This document shows, one piece after another, positions 24,642 to 33,508 of a DNA stretch of 55,564 bases. The notes under the pieces were generated by a model. The model did no database searches. It was not told the DNA's origin and saw nothing but the letters and a program-made list of their open reading frames with translations. A program made the position numbers and the translations under genes. Source of the stretch: a virus (lineage: Duplodnaviria > Caudoviricetes). The stretch is from the IMG/VR virus record IMGVR_UViG_3300034251_000009, positions 1 through 55,564 of that record, one strand, 5' to 3'. Position 1 is the stretch's first letter, and each line of letters starts with the position of its first letter.

Positions 24642-25607
24642 TCACTTCAGCTTGGTGGCCTCGACGTTGTGCGAGCCGCAGTCCAGGCAAATCATGACTA
24701 CGCCGCGACCGTGTTGGCCTTGCCGTAGCTGGAGGTTCTCCAGGCGGTTGTCCGTACGGTCACCGTTGATGTGATGCACCGACTCGCGGCGGGTGAGCGG
24801 TCGGCCAAGCGCACGAGCCATGACGAGACGGTGCTCAAGGACGTAGCCGCCTGAGATCGTTCGGCCGGCCAGCTTCACATCGATGTCGTCAGCGACAAGC
24901 ACGCGAACGTAGCCGCTGCCATCGACGACTCGGCCGCCCTTCCATGAGCCGTGATCCTGGCCCTTGGCCTTGGGCGTCGGGCGCAGGATTCCAAGGTCCC
25001 GCAGCTTCCGACCGACTGCTGTCTGCGAAAGCCCGATCTCTTGCGCGATGCTGCCCTGGCTGCGACCGGTCTCGTGTTGCTCCCGCATCCAGGCGACTCG
25101 CTCGTCGGTCCAGAACTTCCGCGTGCCTTTGGCTCGTCGCTCGACGCCGGCCCGCGCGAGTGCCTTCGCGACCACCTGGGGTGATCCGCCGTGTCGGCGC
25201 GCCAGCCTGGCGAGGGACGCACCAGCCCGGTACTCGGACGCGATGGTCTCGACCTGCTCGGGCTTGAAGCGGCGGTTCTGCCCACCGTATCGAGCCTGGA
25301 TACCCTCCTCGCGCAGAACACGTGAGACGGTGTCGTTCCCCGTTCCGGCCTGGCGGGCGATACGCGGGACGCTCAGGCCCTCATTGAAGAGCCTGACCAG
25401 CTCGGCCCGATTCTCCGGTGTCGCCTGCCAGGCGTAGTCACTCTTGGAGCGACGGTCCAGGCCGCACCTTCGAAGCGCTGCAGCGACCGGCTGGTACGAA
25501 ACGCCGTACGTCGCGGCGATCGCCCGCAGCGTCTCGCCTGCGGCGTATCGGCGAGCGATCTGGTCGTCTTGCTCGGGCGTGAAGTGGGGCTTAGCTCCTC
25601 GGGGCAT
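24642..25607 (-). CDS. HNH endonuclease with four tandem N-terminal HTH repeats
   Basis: Four G.S/T..IA helix-turn-helix units; WKGGR..GYV..EHRLVM..VHHINGDRTDNRLENL. Confidence 0.85.
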   Translation of the reverse strand: MPRGAKPHFTPEQDDQIARRYAAGETLRAIAATYGVSYQPVAAALRRCGLDRRSKSDYAWQATPENRAELVRLFNEGLSVPRIARQAGTGNDTVSRVLREEGIQARYGGQNRRFKPEQVETIASEYRAGASLARLARRHGGSPQVVAKALARAGVERRAKGTRKFWTDERVAWMREQHETGRSQGSIAQEIGLSQTAVGRKLRDLGILRPTPKAKGQDHGSWKGGRVVDGSGYVRVLVADDIDVKLAGRTISGGYVLEHRLVMARALGRPLTRRESVHHINGDRTDNRLENLQLRQGQHGRGVVMICLDCGSHNVEATKLK

Positions 25608-25639
25608 GCTTCAGTGTGACATCCCGAAAAACCGTGAAT

Positions 25640-26068
25640 CTACTGGAGGCCGATGGAGATGCCGCCGACCGCGATGGTGAAGGTGTTGCCGTTCGCGATC
25701 GACACCGGCGCACCGTTGAAGTCACCGAACCACGACCGGGCCGCGGCCGAGTCAGTCAGGTCGAACGACTGGATCGACCAGGTGCCACCGGAGCCGTTCG
25801 TCCACGACAGCGCCGAGGTCGCCGGGAGGGTGACGTTGCTGCCCGAGGACGAGGCGGTCGACGCGGCCGGCACGGCGGTGCCGCCGGCGGTGTAGCCGGT
25901 ACCGGTCAGCTGGGTGCCCTGCGCGGACGCCGTCGAGCTGGTCGAGTTGAGGCGTACCTTCATCGCCGAACCCGCAAACGCGGTGAACGTGCCGGGCGCA
26001 CCAGATGTGCCCGTCGGGGTGGTCGCGTTGAGGACGTTCGACGCCATCGTCTGCGGGATACCGGCCAT
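25640..26068 (-). CDS. Virion structural protein (fibre-associated, 142 aa)
   Basis: GTGYTAGG..V.IANGNTFTI pattern; RBS AGGAG. Confidence 0.7.
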   Translation of the reverse strand: MAGIPQTMASNVLNATTPTGTSGAPGTFTAFAGSAMKVRLNSTSSTASAQGTQLTGTGYTAGGTAVPAASTASSSGSNVTLPATSALSWTNGSGGTWSIQSFDLTDSAAARSWFGDFNGAPVSIANGNTFTIAVGGISIGLQ

Positions 26069-26229
26069 TACTCCTGCTCTCCTTCGTTCCTGGTGGCCTC
26101 GGCGAGCATCTCGCCGACCCACACAGTTGCCTTGGCCTCGGTGACGGGGCCGAAGTCGACAACGTTGCCGTCCGGGTCGGTGACGACCCATCCGACCTGG
26201 ATCGCTTCGGGCTGCGGTTCGTCGGTCAT
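26068..26229 (-). CDS. Small hypothetical protein (53 aa)
   Basis: RBS GAGGAG, TAATG coupling; MTDEPQPEAIQVGWVVTDPDGNVVDFGP. Confidence 0.65.
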   Translation of the reverse strand: MTDEPQPEAIQVGWVVTDPDGNVVDFGPVTEAKATVWVGEMLAEATRNEGEQE

Positions 26230-26237
26230 GGCGCTCC

Positions 26238-27668
26238 TCACGGCCTCGAGGTCGTTCCTGCGGACGGGCGAATAGTGCGGCCCGAGTCGGGGCGCGCGGT
26301 CGTACCGGCGAATGGCCGCGGGGTGATGCGAGAACCCGCGACGGCGGTGACCAGGCCCTGCCCGATGACGGTGGCGGTGCCGGAGAGGACCGAACCGGCC
26401 GAGGCGGTGACCGAGCCTGTGCCGGTGACCGACGCGCCGGCCTGCGTACGGGACAGCGCAGTGACCGCGCCAGCGCCGGTGACGGCGGCCGTGCCGAGGA
26501 CGGAGCCGGTCGCCGCCCGTGTGCCGGTGCCGGTGACGGTGGAGCCCGCGCGCAGGGTGGCCAGTGCGCTGGCGGAGCCGGTACCGGCGACCGTGGACCC
26601 GGCGGTCTGGGCAGCCAGGGCCGATCTTGCGCCCGCGCCGGTGACGGATGCCCCGGCCCGGATGGTGGCCGCGGTCGACACGGAGCCGACGCCCACGGCC
26701 GACGCGGTTGCGACGACAGTGACCTGCGCGGTGACCGAACCGGCGCCAGCGACGGTGGCCGAGCCGGACCCGGTGGCACCGGAGTTCGCCGTGACCGCGC
26801 CGGCACCAGCGACGGTGACGCCGGCCCGCGTCGTCGCGACGGCGGCCGGCGTGCCCGCACCGGTCGCTGTGGCGCCTGCCGACTTGGCCGACACTGCGGT
26901 GACGGTTCCCGCGCCCGTGACGGACGCCATTGCGGTGATCGTGATCCCGGCGGTGACCGATCCTGTGCCGGTGACGGCTCTACCGGCCGCCTGGGTGGCG
27001 GTCGCCGATGCGGTGCCTGCGCCGGTGACGGCGGCTGTGCCGTTGACGGTGCTGCCCGCAGAGGCGTTGATGTAGGCGGTGATGATCGCGCCGCGGTCGG
27101 GCATTGCCGCGCTGAGCGTGGCCGTGCTGCCGTAGCTGGACACCCCGTCAGCGGTCAGGTCCCGATCGGCGCCGCCGGAAAATGTGAGGTCGCCGCCGGT
27201 GGCGTGGCCGCCACCAAATCCGGTGAACGAGTTCGACCAGCCGGTTACCGATTTCGTCGGCGCGTTGTTGCCGCCGGCCACGGCCAGGAAATGCCGGTCG
27301 CCGGCCGTCGGTGTCAGGTTGGGCGTGGCGATCGTGTTGATCGTCGGGCTCTGCGCCTGAACACCCTGGCCGGCCAGGAAGGTGGACCCGGCCGACAGCT
27401 CCCAGACGTACCACTCGCCCGCGCCGGCGGAGCTGCACGTGAAATTGATCGACGACTCGCCCGCGCCGGCCTTGTCGAAGGCGTACAGGCCGAGGAAGTT
27501 GACCGAGCTCACCCGCTGGGCCCAGCCGCCCGGGGTGGTGAAGACCGTGTTCGAGAACAGTGCGACCACGATGACCGTGCCGGTGCCGAACGACCCGGAC
27601 GAGCGGGTCACGGTCCAGGTAGTCGACGGCGTACTCACCACGCCCGAGTTGCGATCGAGGATCGTCAC
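26238..27668 (-). CDS. Putative head/neck fibre with 13 x ~18-aa Ala/Thr/Gly repeats
   Basis: N-terminal beta domain then periodic (S/T/A)VxGxGxVxA units. Confidence 0.7.
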   Translation of the reverse strand: MTILDRNSGVVSTPSTTWTVTRSSGSFGTGTVIVVALFSNTVFTTPGGWAQRVSSVNFLGLYAFDKAGAGESSINFTCSSAGAGEWYVWELSAGSTFLAGQGVQAQSPTINTIATPNLTPTAGDRHFLAVAGGNNAPTKSVTGWSNSFTGFGGGHATGGDLTFSGGADRDLTADGVSSYGSTATLSAAMPDRGAIITAYINASAGSTVNGTAAVTGAGTASATATQAAGRAVTGTGSVTAGITITAMASVTGAGTVTAVSAKSAGATATGAGTPAAVATTRAGVTVAGAGAVTANSGATGSGSATVAGAGSVTAQVTVVATASAVGVGSVSTAATIRAGASVTGAGARSALAAQTAGSTVAGTGSASALATLRAGSTVTGTGTRAATGSVLGTAAVTGAGAVTALSRTQAGASVTGTGSVTASAGSVLSGTATVIGQGLVTAVAGSRITPRPFAGTTARPDSGRTIRPSAGTTSRP

Positions 27669-27733
27669 TACAGCCCCGATCTAGTAGGCGCTGGCCCTAC
27701 AGGTCCAGGGCCTGTACTGCTGCTTCAGCTCCG

Positions 27734-28153
27734 TCAGGCGAGGTACGGCCACGCCCGCCGCCCGCAGGGGCCCACGAACGGTTGGGCGGCCGGGCGGATG
27801 GTGAACGCGCCGCCCGAGCGGCCCAGGATCCGGTCGATGCGCGACTGCTCCGAGGTGGTCAGCTCAACTCCCCCGAACGTCTCCTTCGCGTAGGTCAGCG
27901 CCTCGGAGTAGTCGTCGATGGTAAAGCTGACCTGGCGCACACCCTCGGGGTTCAGCAGAGTCCGCTTGACGGCCTCCAGCGCGATGCCCTTGAACCGCAG
28001 GCGGCCGGCGTCGCTCATGGCGTCGTAGGTGGACTCGCCGACGTAATCGCGGATCTCGACGATGACCAGGACCTGCAACAGGTCGGTGGTCGCGTTGTCG
28101 ACGTCGCGCTGCGCGTAAGAGGCCAACTCCTCGCGCGTGAACAGGTCAGCCAC
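27734..28153 (-). CDS. Head-to-tail connector
   Basis: VKRTLLNPEG.RQ..IDDYS pattern. Confidence 0.8.
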   Translation of the reverse strand: MADLFTREELASYAQRDVDNATTDLLQVLVIVEIRDYVGESTYDAMSDAGRLRFKGIALEAVKRTLLNPEGVRQVSFTIDDYSEALTYAKETFGGVELTTSEQSRIDRILGRSGGAFTIRPAAQPFVGPCGRRAWPYLA

Positions 28154-28216
28154 AGCCGCCTCCTGCCGAAGATGCCGAGCGCCGGCCGAGATGGACTCCC
28201 GGCCGGCACGCGAGGA

Positions 28217-28456
28217 TTACTTGGCGGGGTTCGCCAGCTTGCCCGGAGCGCGGCGCACAGGCTCCGGCCGGGCGGTGGCAGGCTCGTCGTCCTCGCCGTC
28301 AGCCCAGACACCCGGGTTGGAGATGGCCTTCTCCACCCAGGCGTTCTCGGGCTTCGACAGGTCGTCGTCGGGGCCGACCGTGCGGGACTCGCCCGTCAGC
28401 TGGCCGTCGTCGTCGCGGCGGTGGACGGTGACGAAGGTGTTCAGCTTGCGTGCCAT
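28217..28456 (-). CDS. Small capsid-adjacent protein
   Basis: GPDD..W..ISNPGVW pattern after the capsid gene. Confidence 0.75.
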   Translation of the reverse strand: MARKLNTFVTVHRRDDDGQLTGESRTVGPDDDLSKPENAWVEKAISNPGVWADGEDDEPATARPEPVRRAPGKLANPAK

Positions 28457-28470
28457 GTCAGTTCCTCCGG

Positions 28471-29502
28471 TCAGGCCACATCGGCGGCGAGGGTGAGGTC
28501 CGGGTTGGCCAGGACCGGCAGGCCGATCGCGGCCGCCTTCGTCCAGACCGCCACCGGGTCCTTGGTCGAATAGGCACCCGAGACGATGCCCGGCTCGACG
28601 CCGGACAGGCCGTACTCGGGCTCCAGGGACTCGGCGGTGGTGCCGAGCAGGGTAGCGCCCAGGTCGGAGCTCGCGGCGTTGTCCGGGCTACCCGGGGCCG
28701 GAACGTAGATGAACCGGTCCGCGGGGATGACCCGGGTGGCGGCACCGTTGACGCGGACCTGCGCGTCATAGATGTACATCGGCGGCAGCCCGAACGCCTG
28801 CAGGACCTGGTTGACGGTGGCGACGCTGACGATCGCGGGCGCGCCGGTGACCGACGACGCCAGCTGCCGGAACTCAGCGTTGCGCTGCAGGTAACCCAGC
28901 ACCGTAGTCGATGTGATCGACGCGCCGGGCGCCTCGCCGTTGGTGGCGATGTACGTGTCCCGCCAGGTGATCATGTCGGCGACCGGGGTGGCCGTGGCCA
29001 CCGTCGACCACAGGACGCCCGGGGCGACGGTGTGGCCGGCGGCCCGGCCGAAGTCGACCGTGGCGATGACGCCGTTCTCGGAGATCTGCAGCGAGCCCCG
29101 GTACAGGGCCTCGCCGCGGAACATCTCCAGCCGGGCGGCGACCGCCCGGGCCATCCGCTCGGCGTCGGACAGGATCGCGGTGCGGATGGCGGAGTTGTCA
29201 CGGCGCTGACGCAGCCGCTCGTACTCCCCGAGACGGATCTTGCGGGAGATCGGCGGCAGCTCGCCGGTGACCCGGGTGACGCCCGGCCGGGAGCCGATCG
29301 GCGACTCCGCGTCGTAGGCGCGCACCGTCGCGGCATCGGTGAGGCCCTCACCACCGCGGGTGAACCGGTAGACGAGGTCGTCGACCTCCACCCGGGGCAG
29401 CCACTGGGAGAGGATGAACCGGTTACGGTCCAGATCCGCCTGGGCTGCCCGGACGTATCCGGTGAGTTCGGCGGGAGAGATGTAGTCCTGGTTGAGCAGC
29501 AT
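28471..29502 (-). CDS. Major capsid protein (lambda E-like family)
   Basis: RAYDAESPIG..ELPPISRK..E..R..LP.LANP; position. Confidence 0.9.
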   Translation of the reverse strand: MLLNQDYISPAELTGYVRAAQADLDRNRFILSQWLPRVEVDDLVYRFTRGGEGLTDAATVRAYDAESPIGSRPGVTRVTGELPPISRKIRLGEYERLRQRRDNSAIRTAILSDAERMARAVAARLEMFRGEALYRGSLQISENGVIATVDFGRAAGHTVAPGVLWSTVATATPVADMITWRDTYIATNGEAPGASITSTTVLGYLQRNAEFRQLASSVTGAPAIVSVATVNQVLQAFGLPPMYIYDAQVRVNGAATRVIPADRFIYVPAPGSPDNAASSDLGATLLGTTAESLEPEYGLSGVEPGIVSGAYSTKDPVAVWTKAAAIGLPVLANPDLTLAADVA

Positions 29503-29518
29503 GTCTCAGTCCCCGGCC

Positions 29519-29932
29519 TCAGGCGTCGAATCGGATCTGCGGGAGGTCGGCCTTGTACGCGCCGCCGGCGTCGGGGCCACCGTTGGTGGCCTGCGCGATC
29601 GGCAGCTTCGACACCAGCACCCGGCCGTGCCACAGCAGGGCGCCCTGGGGGTCCTGGGTGGTCAGAGACGGGGCGTCGACGGCGCACAACAGCAGACCAG
29701 CGGCAACCTCGGAGCCGTCGGACGCGGCGTTGTTGTACGGCCCGTACAGCCCGGTCGCGGTGATGCGGCCCAGGATGATGCCGGACTTCAAGTAACCGTC
29801 CGGGTAGTGCGTGGCCGGGACGAACGCGCTGGTGTCCAGCGTGATCGACATGGCCCTACTGGTTCCCTCGGCAGATCCCAGCCAGGACTGATCGTCCTGG
29901 CCGAACGTCTCAGTCACAGGGCTGAGAAACAT
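29519..29932 (-). CDS. Head decoration protein
   Basis: YPDGYLKSG..GLYGPY..A.DG.E..AGLL..HG.V..LP. Confidence 0.85.
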   Translation of the reverse strand: MFLSPVTETFGQDDQSWLGSAEGTSRAMSITLDTSAFVPATHYPDGYLKSGIILGRITATGLYGPYNNAASDGSEVAAGLLLCAVDAPSLTTQDPQGALLWHGRVLVSKLPIAQATNGGPDAGGAYKADLPQIRFDA

Positions 29933-29943
29933 GGCTGTGCTCC

Positions 29944-30480
29944 TTATGTCACGGTCGTCTTCTGGTGTTTCTGCGCGTAGAGCGCGGCGCCGGTGGCAAC
30001 GGAGCCGTTCTTCGCGTCATCGCCGCCGCGGCTGCCCTGAGAGGGGTCGGCCTTCGGTGTCTTGGGCGGCGCGGGTGAGACCGGGAAGTCCCGCAGGATC
30101 TCGTCCGCGTCGGCCACCAGCTCCTCGCGAGTGGAGCCGACCAGGCGCTTGGCCTGCGCCGCCGTCAGGCCCTTCTCGGCGGCGACCTCGAACTTGGTCG
30201 CCTTCAACTCGGCGGCCTCGGCGCGCCGTTCGGCGGCGGCGTGGGACTCGGTCAGCTTCTGCTGCTCGGTCTTGTCCCGGTCCTCGATTTCAGCTAGCCG
30301 TTGAGCAGCTGAGCTGTGCGCTTTTGCCGTGTCTTCGTGCTTACGAGCCAGGGCCTTCCACTTCTCGGCCTCAGCTCTCCAGTCCTTCTCCGGGGCCGAG
30401 GAGGTCGAAGAGGAGCCTGTCGGCTCGCTGATCTCTCCAAGGGCCGACGATGAGGGCTGCGGGGCGTCCGTGTCGGACAT
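29944..30480 (-). CDS. Scaffolding protein
   Basis: EAEKWKALARKHE..KTEQQK..AKRLVG.TREE..ADAD..PKADPSQG. Confidence 0.85.
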   Translation of the reverse strand: MSDTDAPQPSSSALGEISEPTGSSSTSSAPEKDWRAEAEKWKALARKHEDTAKAHSSAAQRLAEIEDRDKTEQQKLTESHAAAERRAEAAELKATKFEVAAEKGLTAAQAKRLVGSTREELVADADEILRDFPVSPAPPKTPKADPSQGSRGGDDAKNGSVATGAALYAQKHQKTTVT

Positions 30481-30528
30481 GAACTTCTCCCTGTCGGGTT
30501 GCCTGTCGCCCGGCCCCCTATCGGCGAC

Positions 30529-31098
30529 CTAGGCAGATCTCGCCATGAGGTAGGCAAGAAGACTTTTTTCTTTCTTCGCGGCGTTGCATGACCTGCAAGA
30601 CGGAGCAATGTTGATCCAGTCTCCCGATCCGCCGCTGATCATCGGAACGATATGATCTATCTCCGTAGAAGGCTCTCCGCAATACACGCACGGATCGTCT
30701 TTGATGATCTGGATGTAGCGCTTCGCCTCTGCAGAAAAGGGTGAACCCCTGCGACGCGCTCGATCAGCAAGGGCGATCAGCCTTCCACGTTCCGTTTTGG
30801 CATAACGCCGGTTCCACTCCGCATATTTTTCACGGTTGGCTTCAAGATACTTTCTACTGTAATCCCGGTACCGGTCTGGGTTCTCTGCGCGATGCTTGCG
30901 GACACGGGCGTGCCGCTGTGTCGCGTGAGCCTGACCGTACGACCGATCGTAGTCACGTCTATCTTCGAGATTCGACGCCCGCCAAGCCTTCTTGTAAATC
31001 TGATTGGCCTGCTTGCACTCGGCGCATCGGCACTTGTAATACACGTACCCGGATCTCGTGCCGTGCTTATCCTCAGGAATGTTGTTACCATCGGGCAC
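30529..31098 (-). CDS. HNH endonuclease (free-standing, low GC)
   Basis: HGT.SGY..CRCAEC; CVYCG..DHIVP..GG..N..SCRSCN..K. Confidence 0.85.
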   Translation of the reverse strand: MPDGNNIPEDKHGTRSGYVYYKCRCAECKQANQIYKKAWRASNLEDRRDYDRSYGQAHATQRHARVRKHRAENPDRYRDYSRKYLEANREKYAEWNRRYAKTERGRLIALADRARRRGSPFSAEAKRYIQIIKDDPCVYCGEPSTEIDHIVPMISGGSGDWINIAPSCRSCNAAKKEKSLLAYLMARSA

Positions 31099-31154
31099 GT
31101 CGACTCCTAATCAGTCGGCCATAGCCCGGGGGTGTTAGCGCACCCGCCGGGCCC
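31099..31154 (-). promoter_or_regulatory. Two-hairpin leader of the HNH gene, second hairpin covering the RBS
   Basis: GCCCGG..GGTG-CGCTAA-CACC..CCGGGC then CGACT-GATTAGG-AGTCG just before GTG. Confidence 0.45.
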
Positions 31155-31181
31155 TTATTTTCTCATTCAGAGACGGATAAC

Positions 31182-32093
31182 TCAATTTGTCAGGTAGCCG
31201 AAGCGGCGCAGCAGCCGCAGCGCCTCGTCGCGGTCACCCGCGGCTTCGCGGATGATCTGCCCGGGCATGAGCCGCACCCCGCGCTGCCCGCGCGCCCGGA
31301 CGGCAACCCTGGTAAGCAGGCGATCACCGGCCGAATACATGCCGCTGCGGGCGTTGACCACCTGGGCTATGTCGGCGCCGGTACGGATCGCCTCGGCGCC
31401 GGCCCTGGTGAACTGCCGGTCCTGCTCGGCCGCGGTGAGCGAGTCGAAGTAACGGCGGGGGTCGGTGCGCAGGTCGTCGGCGGTGTCTTCGCGAGCAGGC
31501 ACCGCGGTGCAGTCACAGCGAGGATGCCGTTTGAAGTCGGCCTGCCAGGTGTAGCGGCGGCCGGCCAGGATCGCGCAGCGCGCGCACGATCGGCCGACCA
31601 GCAGCCGGACGTACCCGGTGGCCTGCGGCCTGGCCACCATGGCCACCTGGTCGGCGATCCGGCCGGCGTCGGCGACCTGCGTCCGCACGATCATGTCCAG
31701 CAAAGCCTGACCGCCGGCCAGGGACCGGGCCGGGGTGGCGCCGCGCTGGATCCCGGTCAGTGCGGTCACCACCGGCCGGTACAGGAGGTCTTCGAGGTCG
31801 CGTCCGTCCGAGGCGATGCCTGACAGCCCCGCCACCTGCACGGACCCGGACCGGGCGGGGCTGATGCGCTGCGCGGAAAGGATCGCGTCCAGGTAGCTGT
31901 CGGCCTGACCGGCGGCGGCCCGCTGGGCGCCCGTGAGCAGCACCAGCATCCGAGCTATCGACGTCAGCCACGACTGGCGGATCCGCCCCGGGTCGACCTG
32001 CGACCACAGCCGCTGAGATTCCCCGGCGACCGCCAGGGCGAGCCGGCGGCGGAAACCCGCATGGTCGGCGGCGACCTCAGCCGGTGACGGCAT
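31182..32093 (-). CDS. Capsid morphogenesis protein (MuF/VG15-like)
   Basis: GYVR..SCARCAILAG..FKRHPRCDC; after portal. Confidence 0.8.
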   Translation of the reverse strand: MPSPAEVAADHAGFRRRLALAVAGESQRLWSQVDPGRIRQSWLTSIARMLVLLTGAQRAAAGQADSYLDAILSAQRISPARSGSVQVAGLSGIASDGRDLEDLLYRPVVTALTGIQRGATPARSLAGGQALLDMIVRTQVADAGRIADQVAMVARPQATGYVRLLVGRSCARCAILAGRRYTWQADFKRHPRCDCTAVPAREDTADDLRTDPRRYFDSLTAAEQDRQFTRAGAEAIRTGADIAQVVNARSGMYSAGDRLLTRVAVRARGQRGVRLMPGQIIREAAGDRDEALRLLRRFGYLTN

Positions 32094-33489
32094 CGGCGGC
32101 GGCCGGTTCGTTGGCCGTCTCCGGCGGGACCAGGCCCGCGGCGATCTCCCGGACCGGGTCGCGGGCCAGTTCGGCGTCGCGCATCTCGGCCAGCTTCAGC
32201 CGGCGGATCGCCGAGTAGCCCAGGTCCTCCCAGGCGGCCTCGACCGGCAGGATCCCGGCCTGGACCAGCTTCACCGCCGCGTCGGCGGCCTGCGCCCGCG
32301 TCGGGGTAGCCGGGTCACGCCACAGCGTCTCCAGCTGGGCCAGGTCCGGGTTCCAGTCGCCGTCGACGATCCGCCGGACCAGGCGCATCACCCGCTCCCA
32401 GGAGCCCCCCGCGGACTTCTGGAACCGCTCACACGTCTTGATCAGCCGGGACTCGTCCGCGCGGATACCCTCGGCCGACGGCGGGTTCGTCGTCGACTGG
32501 CCCAGATACCGCATCGGCAGCCCGGTCACGCCGGCTACCAGGCTGGCGTAGTGATCGACGATGGTCTTGAAGTTCGCCAGGTCCGCCGCGGTCAGCTGAC
32601 CCACCTTCGCGTCGCCGTTCTTCAGCGCCCAGATCGCACCGAAGTACACCTCCCAGGCGGGCAGGACGTTGCCGTCCTTGTCCTTGAAGTCACCCTGCGA
32701 CGCCCCGACGACATACCGCTGCGGCACCGCCAGGGCCTCCGTGGCGATCTGCGCGTTCGTCAGCGCCCGCGCGGCCGCGTCGGTCAGGCTGATGACCCGC
32801 TGCATCTGTGAGACCCCGTCACGCCGGGACAGGCGCGGCCGGTTGACCAGCGGCACCACCGGCACCACGCCCAGCTCGTGCTCGTCACGGTCGAGCTCCG
32901 CCCAGGTGGCGTTGCGCCGCTCCAGCCAGACCGTCCGGTCCGGCAGGTACAGCGTCGCCCGCTGGGTCAGACCGTCGCGGTAGACCTTCACCGCGGCCGC
33001 CACCCGCCGGGTGCGCGGGGACAGCTCCACCGCGACCTCGTCGGAGGACTCCACCGTCACCAGCGGCATCGCCGGATCCCGGTCCTCGTCACCGCCGCCC
33101 GCTGACGGGGCGTCCGGGGTGTCGGAATCACCGGCGCCGACGATCACGAACGACTGCTTACGGACCAACGAGTCCAGGTGGGCGAGCTGGGATTCTTCGT
33201 CCAGGCCGTTGGCCTGCCAGATCCGCCACAGGTCCGTGTCGGCCTCGCTCGCACCGGGAAGCTGGAACCCCTCGAGGTCGATGCGCTCCTCGATCGCGTC
33301 CACGTAAGTTCCCGGCCACGCCACGATCGTCAGGAACTGCCGCAGTTCCGGCGGCACCGCCAGGCCCAGCTGCTCCACCCGCTGCCGGCCGTCGTAGTAG
33401 GCGTCCGCGGTCTGATTACGCCGGTACGTGCGCGGCAACGTCGCCGACAAGCGGCCCAAGGTGTCGCGTTCGGCCTCGGAGAGGGCCAC
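32077..33489 (-). CDS. Portal protein (SPP1 gp6-like)
   Basis: YYDG.Q..W.ANGLD..H.LG.VPVV..N..G.S..PQR..NPPSAE..WRDP.TPT. Confidence 0.92.
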   Translation of the reverse strand: MALSEAERDTLGRLSATLPRTYRRNQTADAYYDGRQRVEQLGLAVPPELRQFLTIVAWPGTYVDAIEERIDLEGFQLPGASEADTDLWRIWQANGLDEESQLAHLDSLVRKQSFVIVGAGDSDTPDAPSAGGGDEDRDPAMPLVTVESSDEVAVELSPRTRRVAAAVKVYRDGLTQRATLYLPDRTVWLERRNATWAELDRDEHELGVVPVVPLVNRPRLSRRDGVSQMQRVISLTDAAARALTNAQIATEALAVPQRYVVGASQGDFKDKDGNVLPAWEVYFGAIWALKNGDAKVGQLTAADLANFKTIVDHYASLVAGVTGLPMRYLGQSTTNPPSAEGIRADESRLIKTCERFQKSAGGSWERVMRLVRRIVDGDWNPDLAQLETLWRDPATPTRAQAADAAVKLVQAGILPVEAAWEDLGYSAIRRLKLAEMRDAELARDPVREIAAGLVPPETANEPAAADAVTG

Positions 33490-33508
33490 GGCGAGTCCCT
33501 CCTCGAGG

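Noticed and set aside
15018-27668. Diversity-generating retroelement or invertible tail-fibre cassette
   Set aside because: No reverse transcriptase, no template/variable repeat pair and no invertase seen.
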